This document shows, piece by piece, positions 23,961 through 37,639 of a stretch of DNA of 64,000 nt. The stretch's first letter is position 1; each line of letters begins with the position of its first letter. The position numbers and the translations under genes were made by a program. The notes below the pieces were generated by a model, which was not told the origin of the DNA, did not search any database, and saw only the letters and a program-made list of their open reading frames with translations. The DNA comes from Marsupella aquatica. Its lineage: Eukaryota > Plantae > Marchantiophyta. The stretch is from NCBI GenBank assembly GCA_973895155.1, contig OZ316893.1, positions 25,099,520 through 25,163,519 of the forward strand, read 5' to 3'.

Positions 23961-25219
23961 TCTTCCTCTCTACAAGCTTTCCAGGTGTCTGCTCTTAGTG
24001 TGATTACCTTGTTTGCTTACTTGTATGGGGTAGGCTGAAGGTGGTGGCCTGCTTGCTCTTGCCTCTGCTGGCCTGCCTGCCTTTGGTTTTTTGGCTTTAG
24101 GACTGCAGGGTCTGGATCCTTTGCTTGATGGTAGGTGTTTGCTCTCCCTCTTGGCATGGGCCTCCATTGTTCTTTCTAGCTCTGGCTTGGTCTTTTGTGT
24201 TATGGTCTGGTTTTTGTGCTCTGGCCCCTGGCTTGTGGGGCTGCTATGTTGCCTTTGTTTGGCCTCCCTTCCTATGGGTTGTTATGGGGTTTATTGAAGA
24301 AGAAAGCTTTCCTGATACTTTACCCCAAAGAATTTGATCAGCAAGAACAGAACAAACCTCCACCCTCCATTTACAGAGCCCCTAACAATTCCACTGCAAA
24401 AGCTTAGAATAGTACCGGCAAGAAAAATTCCTTACCATCCTTCCAATGGTAACAAATAAAGACTCCCACAGATGAATCATAAGATTCCTGGTCGCACACT
24501 ACACCAAAGTGTTTTGAATCATTGCCAATTGATCCTCGTCCCGTATATGAACACCCGGATCACACCAATGACAAAACAAACAGGCAAAACTTTGATTGTG
24601 CTCAAATTGAAGAAGACTATCAAAACCCATTGAACATGGACCTTAGAAAATGCGCAAATCTTTCGCCACAACAACACATGAATGCAAGAGCCTGTGCTAC
24701 CCCGCCACAAAGAACTTTCACACTGAAATCATTCATCAAAACTCACAAATTTGTCACAATGAGCCCACTTGAGTTTCCCCAGGTAGGCTACGTTTACAGC
24801 CTTGAGAGAGATCCCATAATACGAACGTATTACACCCGCCATATAGAGTCAATTTGCTAGAGCTCCTCCTCTCACCCGCTCACTCTTATTCCTAAAGAGT
24901 GAATCTTCAAGTGTGAGCATAAGTTTGTGTTCCCTTTTGTATACCCCTGGTTCCCTAACAAGTGTCATCCTACTGTGCTGAAGCCTAACTAGTACTATGA
25001 AAGTAAGTATGTTATACTAGATGCATAACCTAACAGAATATGCATGTTGGTAGATATCATCAAGGATTTCTCCAACTCTGGATCACCAACATGAATTAAA
25101 GGACTCTTGGAGTTTGCCAAAATGGCAGCAAACCTGTATTTTCACCCAGGTTGAGCTCCATTTTTGACCATCTCATCCCAAATAATGGGGGCAGCAGATC
25201 TGGAGTACACATCATTCTA

Positions 25220-25705
25220 GCATTGAAGACCAAGAGAGGGTAGAGTGCACTATTGGTTGGTTTTCAAGCCAACCCGCCAAGGATCCCAATGAATAAGTGA
25301 TGCTGACCACAACAGTTTGGAAACTGAGGTGCAGATTAACAGTTAGTGTGAAATCTTATTGCAACTTCAGCTTGGTCTATGATGGACAAAAGACTTTCCA
25401 GATTCCAATTTTAGTGGAGGGAAGAGAATTACATTATTACAGTGATTGAACACCAACAGTGATCCTGGAATCCCCATGCTGGTCCCCATGTATGAGCCAT
25501 TCGTTGGTTTTACAGCCAACCAACCATGGATCCCAATGAATAACGATGGTGACCATAACAGTTGCTGGAAACTGAAGTGCAGATTAGACGATAGTGTGAA
25601 ATCCAATTGCAACTTAAGCTAGTGCCATGATAGACAAAAGACTTTCCAGAGTCCAGATCCAGTGGAGGGAAGAGAACTACATTGATTGAACACCAGCAGT
25701 AATCC
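25220..25705. repeat. Diverged tandem duplication (~250-bp unit)
   Basis: ggatcccaatgaataa...gacca(c/t)aacagtt...gcagatta...agtgtgaaatc...gacaaaagactttccaga...agtggagggaagagaa occurs at ~25280-25430 and ~25528-25678. Confidence 0.75.
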
Positions 25706-26974
25706 CCATGATGAGCCAAATGCAGACAGCAGCTGCTGCAAGGAATGTTGTCTATCTGACATTGCAAACATAATGAACCAGGCAGCCAATGCTACCACCT
25801 GATAATAAAAAGAGATAAGTCCAACACCACCCTCCTTCTTGGAAAGAGATAGGAGGTGGGATAAGAGGCTGAAATTGATCCTATGACGAGCATACTGTAG
25901 TTAGCCTGTCATAAAAAGTCAATCAGAAACATCTTAATCTCATGATGCTCTTTATCCTTTTTGCAGCAAAGTTCAGAGTATACCTTAAAGTCTTAAATTG
26001 CCACTAGCCATATAAAAGGGGGAAGTGTCCAAGACTTCCTCCCTTCCATAGCCTGAAACACCATTGGGTTTCTGAGCAAAAGAGTGTGATGAATTAAATG
26101 TCCAAGCAAGTATGCATAGTGTTGGGAGCAATAACCTTAATCACTTTGACCGGTGGGAGCTGAAAGGTTATAGTTACCTCGTAGTAGCTCACTGTAAGGA
26201 TCTGCCATTTATTTTTGATCTTGTGGTCGAAACACTGAACGACAGCCGAGCCCCCATTTACTTGACTTGTACAGTAGGTGCCAAACGTTTTACTTGGATT
26301 TGCATTTTGGAAGCGAAATGAAAGGGGATCAGATTCATTTGGGTTTGATATTCTTGTCTTTAGTTTTGATTGGTCCCAACTTGGACATCAACGACTACTC
26401 TTTCCGTTTCCACTTGATTGCTCTATTATTGAATTTACTGACAGCATCATGTAGAAATCTTATCGGGGCAGATACAAACAAGACCTTCAGTATTTTGACG
26501 TGAAAATTAAAAAAACGTGCTCTTGATTTAAAACTACAGTTGGTCACTGTAAAATCCAACTGGGCAACGAAAAACAAAACAAAAACAAAATAGAATCCAG
26601 ACAAGCCCGATTGAACCTGATTTGACGCCTGAATTCAAGGTTTTCATCTCACTGAATCTCTTTTGACATTTTCGAGAGAGGCAATTTCCTATCGAGTCCA
26701 CTGTGATGGATAGAATGATTATGTCAGTGGCTGGAGATCTCTCCAGCCCTTTATAAGTGCACAGTCCATAAGTGCAAAAACTGCCTCATTGCAAGGGGTC
26801 CGTAATTTAGCTTTAAGGCCCTACTAAGCGATAAATCATTACAGTGGAAAACCCTGTATCAGGGTATGTGTACACTTCCTGGAACTCCTAGCTAAGGGTA
26901 AGTGGTGGCAAATGATAGTCGAGCTCAAATTTGAGAAAATCTCTGCCATTTGCCACTATTGAAGCATCTACTTG

Positions 26975-27260
26975 GGGGGGGGGGTTGTTTGCGAGAAAGT
27001 ACTTAGCAATCGACTATCGCTACTACATAACTGGCATCCATACCTTTCCTTCCTGTAAGTTCCTATCCCACTTCCAGATGATTCGTTCTAGAAGGAATAG
27101 CCCCCAACTGGGGGGGGAGAGCAGTGTTTGCCAGAAAGTACTGAGCAATCGACTATCCCTACTACATAACTGGCATCCATACCAAGATACTTTTCTTTCC
27201 TGTAAGGTTCATATCCCACTTCCAGAGGATTTCGTCCTTCTAGAAAGAATAGCCCCAAAC
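26975..27260. repeat. Tandem duplication (~135 bp), each unit preceded by a G-run
   Basis: agaaagtact(t/g)agcaatcgactatc(g/c)ctactacataactggcatccatacc...tatcccacttccaga...tctaga...gaatagcccc occurs twice. Confidence 0.8.
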
Positions 27261-28084
27261 TGTAGACTGTCGCCGGTAGTCGCCCTTCTTGAGGTAGTCG
27301 CCGTTTCTGTAGATTTGCTGGCCTCCTTCTAGGGGTATCCGTCAGTTCCACGATTTTTTAAAAACACGGGAAAAATGCATGGTATGCACTAAGTGAGAGT
27401 TGACTCGAAACCATAATAGAGTAACTTATTTGGGGACCGGCGGTCCATCAATCTCTGGCGGGCATACTGTAGGGAATTACACTGGTCCCGCGAGTCCGGG
27501 GTCAATGGATTGTTCGTCCCTTCCGCCAACTTGTAAATGGGTTAATCTGGTTGGTGCACCATACACCAACAACAAAAGAAAATAATGAGCGCAGAATCAG
27601 AGTTGCTGTACTCTAGTGTACCATGTACTATTACACGACGTTACACAGTGACTGCGTATCTGCGTTTTGCGGTGTGTACGTTGATCGCTGTTTGTTGCTT
27701 TCTAAAGCGCGGTTCTGTGAAAGATGCCAGAGCCAGCGTTTTTTTTTTGGGGGGGGGGGGGGGGGGGAGGGTGGGGCCTTGCAAAAGTACAGCTCACTCA
27801 GAAGTTTCGGTCAGGAATCGGTCACTTTTGGAGACAATTAGCTTGGTACTTTTTCCTTCCACTAAATAGAATATGGACCTTAATTAGAAATTTTTAAAAT
27901 GCATTGAGCTTTACAGCATACAGGGGAACCCCAAGCCGACAGGGAGATCAATCCTCAAAATACCAGGACTACGACCAAAGTGGTTTGGTCACAAAAGCTC
28001 TGTTGCAAATGTACTTTCTTTAATATTGTACACTATATTTTGCCAAATTGCATGTACAAAATGCAGAATTCTATGTGTAGGAAA

Positions 28085-28342
28085 AAGATTTGGAGGCATT
28101 TACGGCCCCATCACAAAATTGAACTGAAAGTTCAGCCAAAAATCTATTGAAATGAATTGAGGATTATTTTTATCATCTGTTGCACATGTGCCATGAGCCA
28201 CCATTTGAAAATAAGATTTGGAGGCATTTACGGCCCCATCACAAAATTGAACTGAAAGTTCAACCAAAAATCTATTGAAATGAATTGAGGATTATTTTTA
28301 TCATCTGTTGCACATGTGCCATGAGCCACCATTTGAAAATAA
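28085..28342. repeat. Near-perfect tandem duplication, ~128-bp unit x2
   Basis: aagatttggaggcatttacggcccc...gccatgagccaccatttgaaaat repeated back to back with about one mismatch. Confidence 0.92.
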
Positions 28343-29159
28343 GGCTGCTATATGGTGAATGCAACTTTCAGTATTTTGTCTTATTCAAACTTCTTTTGTT
28401 AAGCATTTTTATTTCAATGTGTCTTACCAAAGTGTATCCCTTGTATAATTTAGATTTCCAATTTATTCTAGCACCCCTCTAATTTTTAAATTTTTTTGCT
28501 ATATTTTAAGATCATCCACCCTGAATTTCTAGCCCTTATTCTCATGAGTACAAAAGAAATAATCTAAATAATGTGTACACCTTATGTCTTTAAGTACTAC
28601 TAATGGTTTTGTGTACTAAATTTATGGTTTTAATTATTTTGAGTGTCATTATCTAAAATACATAAGTATCTCTACTCATGTATATTATGTGCACATCCCA
28701 AAACCATAAACTTTCCGTGTTCATTATTATTATTTTTTACATGTGTATTTTTATTTTTGTACCTTATTTGCACAAGTTTCAATATCATAAACTATACAAT
28801 TTCCTAGTCAATGTCCTATTTATATTTTAATTAGAATATCTGTATATCACAAAAAAAACCAAAAAAATGAAAAATGTTCCAGGATGAGCATGCTATACTA
28901 AAATTATTGAGAGGTGACCCTTCCTACCACCATGGTTCATGAATGTTCCAAAAACTTTTCGGCTGCAGGGTTATTTTCACCCCAGCTATGATGATGAGTA
29001 AAATGGTGTATCTGACAATAAATTTCACGGCAAAGATCATGAGAATAGCAGGATGGACTTAATTAATTAAATGGTCACCCAAAGATAAACTTTGCTCCAT
29101 GACGTAAGGCAACCAAAGTCTGCTATATATCAAAGTCTGCTTGAGTCCGTGTTTTACAG

Positions 29160-29434
29160 TTTCCATTCAACAAACGAACCGAACTGCGTAGTCTCTGAGG
29201 TCTTGTTCTCTTTACGCAGTCATAGTCTGTGGGGTCGTGTAAGTCGGTATAGCACCAGGTGGCTCTCCTCCAAGCACCGAACCTCCAGGCCAGAGGGACG
29301 CGTTTCCATTCAACACGAACCGGACTGCGTACGCTCTGAGGTCTTGTTCGGTTTGCGCAGTCATAGTCTGTGGGGTCCGGTAAGCCTGTATGGCACCAGG
29401 TGGCTCTCCTCCCAAGCACCACACCTCCAGGCCA
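29160..29434. repeat. Tandem duplication (~142-bp unit x2) with an internal hairpin
   Basis: tttccattcaaca..cgaaccg.actgcgta...ctctgaggtcttgttc...cgcagtcatagtctgtggggtc...gcaccaggtggctctcctcc..aagcacc..acctccaggccag occurs twice. Confidence 0.85.
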
Positions 29435-30015
29435 GTGGGGGCGCAAGAAAGGACAATGTGGGGACAGAAAACAAAGGACATGTGGGGACAGGGAAGGGCT
29501 CAGAGACAGGGGACACGAAGGAAACGGACTGCGCGAAACGTGGGAACGTGGACCCCCAGTTCGTTTGTGAACAAAAGGACTTGGAGGTGACGACTGTTTC
29601 ATGGGGTGACGGCGGTGAGCCACCCCCACTGATCGGTCCCACAATTAACGACTACGCGATTTTCAGGAGTAACTACAGTACCAGCAGATTCGTTCAAAGA
29701 CCCTTATTGTAGTGGTATTCACTTACCGTAGTGCGCTGAATTATCAAATAGTTGAAAACTTTGGCGTGAACCCAACTGGAGAGAGATCTTTTTCAGGGGT
29801 CACTCTTGGTGCCTCGGGTCAGTCCTGGCCCTTGGTGGTGATGGTTTTTTGGGGCCCATTGCTCTGTCTCCTCTGCTAAGGTTTGTTGGCTGCCTTTGCT
29901 CTGGCCTCGAGGTTGTTGTCGGGTGCTCTTTGGGTTGTTTTTGCCGTGGTTGCAATTGAATAAATTTTGTGCTTGGTCCCTTTTTCCCCCCAACAAAAAA
30001 GGAAAAGAAAAAAGA

Positions 30016-30178
30016 AGATATTTTTTGATGGACCCCAAAATGAAAATCTTTACTTGATGGACCCCATGAGTGATCCATACCCTTGATAGACCTTAAATCA
30101 AGGGTCCTATAATCTCATAGGGCCTCATAGAGTCCATTAAGTAACACCTCCCAATTTAGGGGTCCATCTAGTATATCT
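30016..30178 (+). mobile_element. Mutator-like MITE (family M2, ~165 bp)
   Basis: TIR AGATA..TTGATGGACCCC / GGGGTCCATCTAGTATATCT; homologous to 35746-35912 (inverted) and 50396-50624. Confidence 0.75.
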
Positions 30179-31372
30179 TTCCAACTGTAGATGAATGTCC
30201 AATGGTTGCCAAAATGCGGGGATGTATCTCTTCAACCTGGATAGACTGCAGTAGAACCTTCTTTTTGCTCATGCAGTACATATTAGAACGATGAGTAAAA
30301 GTCATTTATAGGTCTCTAAATTATGAATGAAACATATGAGGTTCATTGGGAGGATCTTTCCAAGATGCTTCTAACTTACCCCAAAAAATGAGATTCATCA
30401 TAGGAGATGCTGAATGTAGTTGTTAGCCACTCAAACAAATCTGGAAGCCCTAAGTGTGGACAATGAGTGATGGATTATTCTTTAGAAATTCAGGAATTCT
30501 CTCAATCGTTCATGAAAAATAGAGATATTAGACTAGTTGGAAAACATCCTTCCAAGCACCTTCTAACAAGCCGAAGAAGAATCAATTCCACTGGATATAA
30601 AGAATGGAAAAAATGATTAATTTTCTGAAAGAGCCCAACAGTGTGCAATGGAGTAAAGGAAAAAGAAGCCCAGAGGACAGATCAGGGCACTTGCAAACCC
30701 CAAAACCTAGACATAGGACAAAATAAGAGATAGAGATATAAAGTACCATTACAATTACAATAGTGTGGAATAGTGTGATAGCTAATGGTACACACCAAGC
30801 GCAACAGTGTGATGAGCTAAGAGTCTATATTAGACATGTACTGTAGTGTCTTTAGTTAGTCTTGGAGTGGGACGTCCCTGTAAAGTGAGAAGGTCAAACA
30901 CAACTTGTTGGAAATGAGAAGATGGAAAACCTGAAACATGTATTTATCTATAGACATAGTCAAACAAAGTACAACGAAGAACGAACAAAAGAGATCAAAT
31001 GGAACAAACATCAATAATTGCAAAAGAAGATGTAAAGCACACCCCAAAGCTTCAAAGTTGGGAAAGATGGCTCTTGGCTGTAGAGAAGTGGCCTTAACTA
31101 ACGACCAGAGTTATGTAAAAGTTTTTTTTTGTTTTTTTTCTCTAGCCTGTACAGCGACTTATGGTCATGGCATCTGACAAATCCTTATAGCAAAAAGTTA
31201 TGGACTATGAATTTGATAGTCCATAATTTTCTCTGTCAAATTTGAAATTTCCTTGTACTCATGGTCAAGTTGCACAGTTCACGTTATTGGCCCATAAAAA
31301 CATCATTTTCCAAGTTACCACTAAGTTTTTAGTGAATCTTCATTGTACTCATGGTCAAGTTGCACAGTTCCC

Positions 31373-31660
31373 TGCTGATACTTAGGGTGTCAATTGTTGT
31401 GTGTTTCTTTTAGTTACTGCACTGTAGTTGGAGTATTGCTGGTTGCTTCACCTCTACTTGTGCTGCTGCTATTTTCTTCTTCTCTTACTTCATTGCTCCT
31501 TGGACGGGCTTTTCTCTCAGGCTTTCTGCTGCTGAGAGTTTTTTCATGGCCTTGGGTTTTTTGGTTTCTCTTCCTGGTCTTTTTTGGCCCTTGCTTGTTT
31601 CTCCTCAACAGTGGGGGTTTACGCGGTTTTATTATAAAATTAAAAAGTTTTAAGAGAAAA
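31373..31660 (+). mobile_element. 5'-truncated non-LTR retrotransposon tail with perfect 16-bp TSD
   Basis: aagttgcacagttccc at 31357-31372 and 31661-31676; T-rich body and A-rich 3' end. Confidence 0.75.
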
Positions 31661-32997
31661 AAGTTGCACAGTTCCCGGCCTTGGCCCATGGGAACATGAT
31701 TTCCCAAGTTACCACCAAGGTACTAGTGAAAAACAAACCTCTTATTACAGTGGATCCACTGTACTACGGTGACAAGCAAATGGGAAGCTATGGAGATTTT
31801 ATTATTCAACAAAATAGAATCTCTATCACGGTCTACTTTTGCGCGAGATAAACGGATCCCCTAGTAGGGATCGCTACTGTTGCACAGTGCGAGAGGACGC
31901 GTTATTACTGTGACGACCAGGGAGAAATGCCTTAAGAATTCTATCGAAGGGATGTAGCTGGCAAGTGGCTCTTTCTGTGGGTCTTTCCAGTTGGCTGGGA
32001 TTTGCAATTCTTCTCGTTTGTTGGGTGTTTTTTGTCAGAGTCAATCGAGTGTGGAAATAGTGCACAATTTACAGTTGGACACGAGTCTGAAAAGGGCGAG
32101 GCAGGTCAAACGAAAGTAAACGACCGTACGCATCTGTACAGTGAAGTACCCAGGAGGAAGGCTAGCTCTCTTCTCTTATAACAAGAGTCTCCCGGCATTC
32201 CATTCCACCCTTTCAGTTCAAGCCCATTTCACTTCCAAGCCGCGGCCACCAGGTTCAAGATTCGTTTGATAAAAGAAGCGCTCCTCTCCCATCAGCCCAT
32301 CTCGGGTGATTGGTTGACCTCGCACTGCTCGGAACGGCAGTAAGCCATATCTGAAAGCAGTAAGCCATATCTGAACAGACAGGGAGAGAAGAGCAGCTTC
32401 TTCGCCATTCAGAGAAGTTAGCAAATTTGACGATTGTAGGCAAAGAGGGCGAGGGGCCTCTTTGGATCGGACTGATCGATCACCAGGGTGGTGTCTTGAT
32501 CGCACTCTTTGCTCGAGGGTGAGGATTTCAGATCGAGATAACAGTCCGAGGTGGGTTTTCAGCAACGTTCACAGGGTACGAGGGAGGACGAGGAGAGAGG
32601 ATTAAGGGTTTGTTCCATTTGGAGTGGGACAGGAGAAGTTCATGTTGTGTTTGATTTGGCTGCGGGAAACTGGCAGTGGTGTTTATTCAGCACAAGAAAT
32701 TGTAGGAGCGGTTATCAGGTTGGGGCAGGAGTAAATACACAGAGAAGAGAGAGGTCACGCTGATTTGCTCTGTGCTTTTTAGTTCGTGGAGGTAAACTAC
32801 AGACAGGAGCAACAGGAGCAATGAGGTATTTCCGCTTTCGGAGTTGAGGCTCCTGAGTAGCCTATGCAGCAGCGTTTCCGAAGGAAGCTGTAGATAGCGG
32901 TGAAAGATTTCGACTCTGAAGGTTTCCTGGTGCCGGGGAAGGGAACGGAGGCAGAGAACAGTGCTTGTGTTTGATTTTGATTTTAGCTTTACAGGGT

Positions 32998-33840
32998 ATG
33001 GCAATAGTGGATGGCGTACAAGATGATATCGCTCGCTTAGGGGAGACCCTGCTAGCAGAGGTCTTCAAGAGGCTCCCATTTGAGGATCGACTCACAACTG
33101 TGCCTCTGGTTTGCAAGAACTGGAGGAACGCCTCATACGACCCTACCTGCTGGAGATATGTAGATATGAACGATTGGTTTAAGAAGAGGGCAGAGGAGGA
33201 CTTCATGTGGGAGTTCGAGCCTGAGTGCGAGGACGAGATGGCGTTCTACATCAAGAAAGTAGTGGACCGGAGCTGCGGCCAGCTCAAAGACCTCCAGACA
33301 ATGCATTGCTCGGATGCTGCAATCGAGTACGTCGCTGAAAGGTCCCCGGATCTGCGTGTTCTCTCAGTTAAAGATAGTCCCTATGCTACCGATTTCGCTT
33401 TCATGAAATTGGCTCAAAAATGCAAGAAGCTGCAGAAGCTGGACTTGAGCGACTGCTACAAAGTTGGGAACGAGACCTTGGAAGCCTTTGGTCGCAATTG
33501 CGAATCTCTGGTGTGGCTTGCACGGAACATGGTCAGGACAAATGACTTCTTATCAACTGGGCCGCTGCTGGACGGGGACCATGAGGCCATAATCTTGTCC
33601 CAGCACTTGCCAAATCTGAAGCACCTGGAGATGAAGAAATCATCCGTGTCTGATGTGGGCCTTTCACACCTCGCCAAAGGGTGTACCCACCTTGAGAGCT
33701 TGAACCTTGCTTGCTGTACCTTGTCTCCGTATGCTCTGGAGCAACTGCCTAAGTTCTGTACGAAATTGAAGGAATTCGTGAAACCCATCGTTCCAAGGAT
33801 GCACGTCAATCCAAAATTCCTCATGGTGCTCTTCGATTAA
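32998..33840 (+). CDS. F-box/LRR-repeat protein (FBW2/SKIP1-like), single coding exon, 280 aa
   Basis: N-terminal F-box LGETLLAEVFKRLPFEDRLTTVPLVCKNWRNASYDPTCWRYVDM, the motif IKKVVDRSCGQL, and cysteine-containing LRRs (CKKLQKLDLSDCYKVG; CTHLESLNLACC). The ATG follows a tttacag acceptor, suggesting a 5'UTR intron. Confidence 0.93.
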   Translation: MAIVDGVQDDIARLGETLLAEVFKRLPFEDRLTTVPLVCKNWRNASYDPTCWRYVDMNDWFKKRAEEDFMWEFEPECEDEMAFYIKKVVDRSCGQLKDLQTMHCSDAAIEYVAERSPDLRVLSVKDSPYATDFAFMKLAQKCKKLQKLDLSDCYKVGNETLEAFGRNCESLVWLARNMVRTNDFLSTGPLLDGDHEAIILSQHLPNLKHLEMKKSSVSDVGLSHLAKGCTHLESLNLACCTLSPYALEQLPKFCTKLKEFVKPIVPRMHVNPKFLMVLFD

Positions 33841-34679
33841 AGGCGGAGTAGAGTACGGTCGGCAAAATATAGCTGACTGCCTTAGTAGTTCACAAAAACT
33901 GTGGCGCAGTCTAGGGCCAAGCACTGTCCTGTGCGTGTACTCGCTGGTGATCAATGGAGGTTGAACGGTCCTTCTTCTCCACCACAATGATTTGAAAGAT
34001 GGAGGCTCCTTTACAATAGTGGTGTATAACGCTGATTGTGTTGACAGAATTGGGGAGACCATTTTTGGGTACGGTGCCCACTCAAAACTGAGTGGCTGGT
34101 CCTCCGATTGTCACTGAAACAGTCGTTTTGGTCTTCGTTAAGAGGCTTCTTCCACTGTAGATAGTACTGTACATATCTTCTCGTCCTCGGATCTGACTGA
34201 TAAAAATTGGGGGCATTTCCGCTGAGTGTAATCTATTATTACGTACCTTGTTATTGAATTGGCCCGCGTTAACCCCCCTACTTAGTGGGGTGGTTGTTTA
34301 CAGATTCTGAATTGATCCGAAATTTCGTATCTTCTCATGTCTACATGTCTACATGTCTCAATGCTCTAGGTTCACAAGTGTATGGTTTGTCAAAATGCAG
34401 GTGCTGGACTTGTTTCGAAGTCATACGATTGTATTGTGGAGACTCTTTTCAAGTGCTGTATGTCTTGAAGGCAATTGGCAGTATACCCTAAATTTGATTG
34501 AGGACCGCTCGCAGTGTGTCATCATCAAGTCCTGACGAAGAGGATCGCCAAATTGCACGGATCGATGTAGCTATTGACATACACATTGGGAAAATATTGC
34601 TGGGCTTTGTCTGATTGTTGTCAAAGCTTGCAGGTGGATGTTGGCATTGGTGAACATTATTCAAACGAGATTTCTCTTC

Positions 34680-35095
34680 TTGTATAGCATGAAATCTCCT
34701 TATACAACATGAGAATAATAGCTCAACCACTGCAACGTTCTGTGAGAAAGCTTAATAATTTTGTTACTCTTGTCCTGTGAATTGACATCCATCGTCTTAT
34801 ACAGCATGAAATCTTCTTATATAGCTTGAAAACTATAACTCAACCATTGGCAACGTTCTGTTACGGAGAACAGGAACGCTCAAGAATCTTGTTACTTTTG
34901 TCCTTTGAATTGACAACTCTCTTCTTATACAGCATGAAAATTATGGCTGAACCATCGGCAACAGCTTAAGATTGTTTGACCCTTGTCCTTTGAATTGAAA
35001 TCTCTCGTCTTACACATCACGAAAATTATAGCGCAACCTTGGCAACGTTCTGTTACGGAGAATGAGAAATTTCGAGAATTTTGTTACTCTTGTCC
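34680..35095. repeat. Degenerate tandem repeat (~110-120-bp unit, ~4 copies)
   Basis: Recurrent gcatgaaa, caacca..ggcaacgttctgt, ttgttactcttgtcct and tgaattga motifs. Confidence 0.7.
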
Positions 35096-35745
35096 TCAGC
35101 TAACCCGCTCCTGTAATTAAAGTTCAACCATCTCAAGGATGTGAATGCAACTACTGTAAGTCTGATGGGACCAAACGTTGGAGGATGTTTACTTTTGGTC
35201 TCAATTGTGTTAATTGGAACACAGCAGCAGAGTTGGACTCGCTGGAGTCGTGTATACATCTGCAGACAATCTCGTTTCATCCTAACGCTGACAATTTAAT
35301 CTAAACGGAACAGTTCCATGGCGATGGGATCCCCGAGTTTACTTGATTCTGCAAAAATGCTTACCGTAAATGTCGACTATGGTACAAGATCGCTCGTTTT
35401 TTTCATGTCAAGTGAAGATAGATGTCAAGTGGAAATAGTCTTTGACAATTCTCATGCTGGTCATCACCTTTCGAGAACTGCTTTTGCTTATTTTGCTTGT
35501 TTATGTCAAGTAGGCACAATTCTACGAAAGACATTTTTGGTTCCAGGTTCTTATTCCCGTAGGGCTCTCCCAATCAAAATCACCTTTGGAGATGGAAATA
35601 GTAAACGGCCGCAAAGTTGTGGCCCCCCCCCAAAAAAACTTTTAAAGCCTAGAAATTATTGTTTGTAAGGACGAGCAATGATCAATTTCACATGCATAAT
35701 ATCTTATCCTTTTTTTACATGAATTTGCGTGCGGCCCATATTATG

Positions 35746-35912
35746 GAGAGAGAAACTAGATGGACCCCTAAATTGAGAAGTGTTACTTAATGGACCATAT
35801 GAGGTCCCATTAGATTTTAGGACTGTTGATTTAAGGTCTATGAAGGGTATGGATCACTCACGGGTCCTCAAGTAAAACTTTTCATTGTGGAGGTCCATCA
35901 AGAATAACTCTC
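35746..35912 (-). mobile_element. Mutator-like MITE (family M2) with probable 9-bp TSD
   Basis: GAGAG..ACTAGATGGACCCC / AGGTCCATCAAGAATAACTCTC; flanks catattatg and cataatatc match 7/9. Confidence 0.75.
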
Positions 35913-36879
35913 CATAATATCTCATCCTTCATATAATCTTTTATATGAATTTGAGTGCGGTCTTAGAGTCAGGGTCTAGAGGCTTCACTCTCGAAGCCTA
36001 GACCCCAACTCTAGCTTGTCCTAGCCATTAGCTATATAGATTTCTCCCAATAAAAAGCCACACAACTAGGGACACTAAAAAGACCTAACGGAATGAGCAT
36101 TTGAGAACCCAACTTTAGTCTCTCGTTGCAAGTAGTTATATAGACTTCTCCCCATGAAAAGCCACACAACTACAGTAGGGACACCAGAAAGGCCTAAGGG
36201 AATGAGCATTTGAGACATGCAAAACGGTTTTGAGCCTGAGGGTATTTCACTTTGGGAGATGCTTGACAAGGAGGGCTCCACCTGATGACGGCAGCAGGCG
36301 CTAAATTGAAAAATGGAAGGGCTCAGATTAAGAAACATTTAATTTGTGTCCATCTGGGCATCCCTGCATCACGACAAGTATTTGCTTCCAAGCTTTCATT
36401 AAAAGCAACTACCCAAGTATCCATGGTTATGCACAGAAAGGGCTCCCTCTACCCAGGCCTCCATGCTCGTCCTTACTCAAAAGTATAGTCAAAATTGTCT
36501 CTTACCAGTGAAATGACTACCTAAGGTTTCACTCTAAGAGATGATGTAGGTCATGAACCTTATATTTGGATCCCAATCTAATTATTAAAGAAGTGCAGTC
36601 AAAAGTTACTCCTTAGGCCTAATGTCCAGAAGGAAGCTCTAGACTCTACCTGTGGGCGCCCTCACTGGAAGCCAGGGTGCAGAGAACAAAACGGATTGGG
36701 TCAAGGGTCAAACATGATCAGTGAATAGCATGGAATCCAATTTTCCAATTAGGTTTTCTTCCTCCCCATTTCTATTTTTACGCTCACATGTAATGAGTCT
36801 AGTTTATAGTATAGCAAGTACAAGATTACACTATAGCAGATGACACTACTTCAGGACCCTCCTATGCGGTTTACTTTGG

Positions 36880-37356
36880 AGCTCTACTAGAGTTTTCAGT
36901 TCTCCACTTAGTATGGTATTAGTCTTCCTTGCTCCGTTGGGGGCTCTTGGTTTTTGTCGTTGTTCCTTGGTTGTGACAAGGGATTCCTTGCCTTGTTTGA
37001 CCTCTTGGCTCTTTTTGGGGCTCTCTCCTCTTTTGTTTCTTTCCATTTATTGGGTTGCTTTGCCTTTGGGACCCTGTCTCCAGGTTTGGCCTTTTTCCTT
37101 TTGGGTTTGGTTTTAGTATGTTGTTTCCTTGTTTCCTGGTCTTTCTTGGCCCTTTGGTTGTCCCCCTTGATTGGGTCCTTTGCCTGTCCCATCATGTCTC
37201 CAGATTGAGCCTACTTTGTTTGTTTACAGTGATACATATTTGGCACTTTGATTTCTTGGCCCTTTGGTTGTCCCCCCTTGATTGGGTCCTTTGCCTGTCC
37301 GATCATGTCTCCAGATTGAGCCTACTTTGTTTTGAGCCTACTTTGTTTTTTACAGT

Positions 37357-37390
<34 letters not shown>
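36880..37390 (+). mobile_element. Truncated LINE/SINE-like 3' tail ending in (TA)n, with internal duplication
   Basis: ttcttggccctttggttgtcccc..ttgatt.ggtc..ttgc..atcatgtctcc occurs at ~37143, ~37252 and ~19965; (TA)n at ~37359-37388. Confidence 0.55.
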
Positions 37391-37392
<2 letters not shown>

Positions 37393-37639
37393 TATTTGGC
37401 ACTTTGATTTGTAGCATGTAGAAATAGAATAACTGGTTTTCCAAGTTTAAACATGAGCCGTTAGATCCCCATATCGTAGGCTTTAAATTGAGAACTGGTA
37501 ATGGCTCAGATTTAGATTCTCCTGTATGTCCGATGCCCCATAGCTCGGCCGAGTCCCAGAGTCCAATAATCGGTACTCTAGTTCTCAGTCGAAGAGCCGG
37601 CGATGGAGCTCTGCTCCGCTCGCTTCCCTCTCGTTCCTC

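Noticed and set aside
29092-29712. 206-aa ORF with an internal repeat
   Set aside because: TTG start, no recognisable domain, and the repeat falls out of frame at the end of the second unit; explained by the DNA duplication.
36846-37360. Hydrophobic 'membrane protein' ORFs and Lys/Gln-rich antisense ORFs (also 24091-24407 and 31394-31707)
   Set aside because: Compositional artefacts of T-rich retrotransposon 3' tails.
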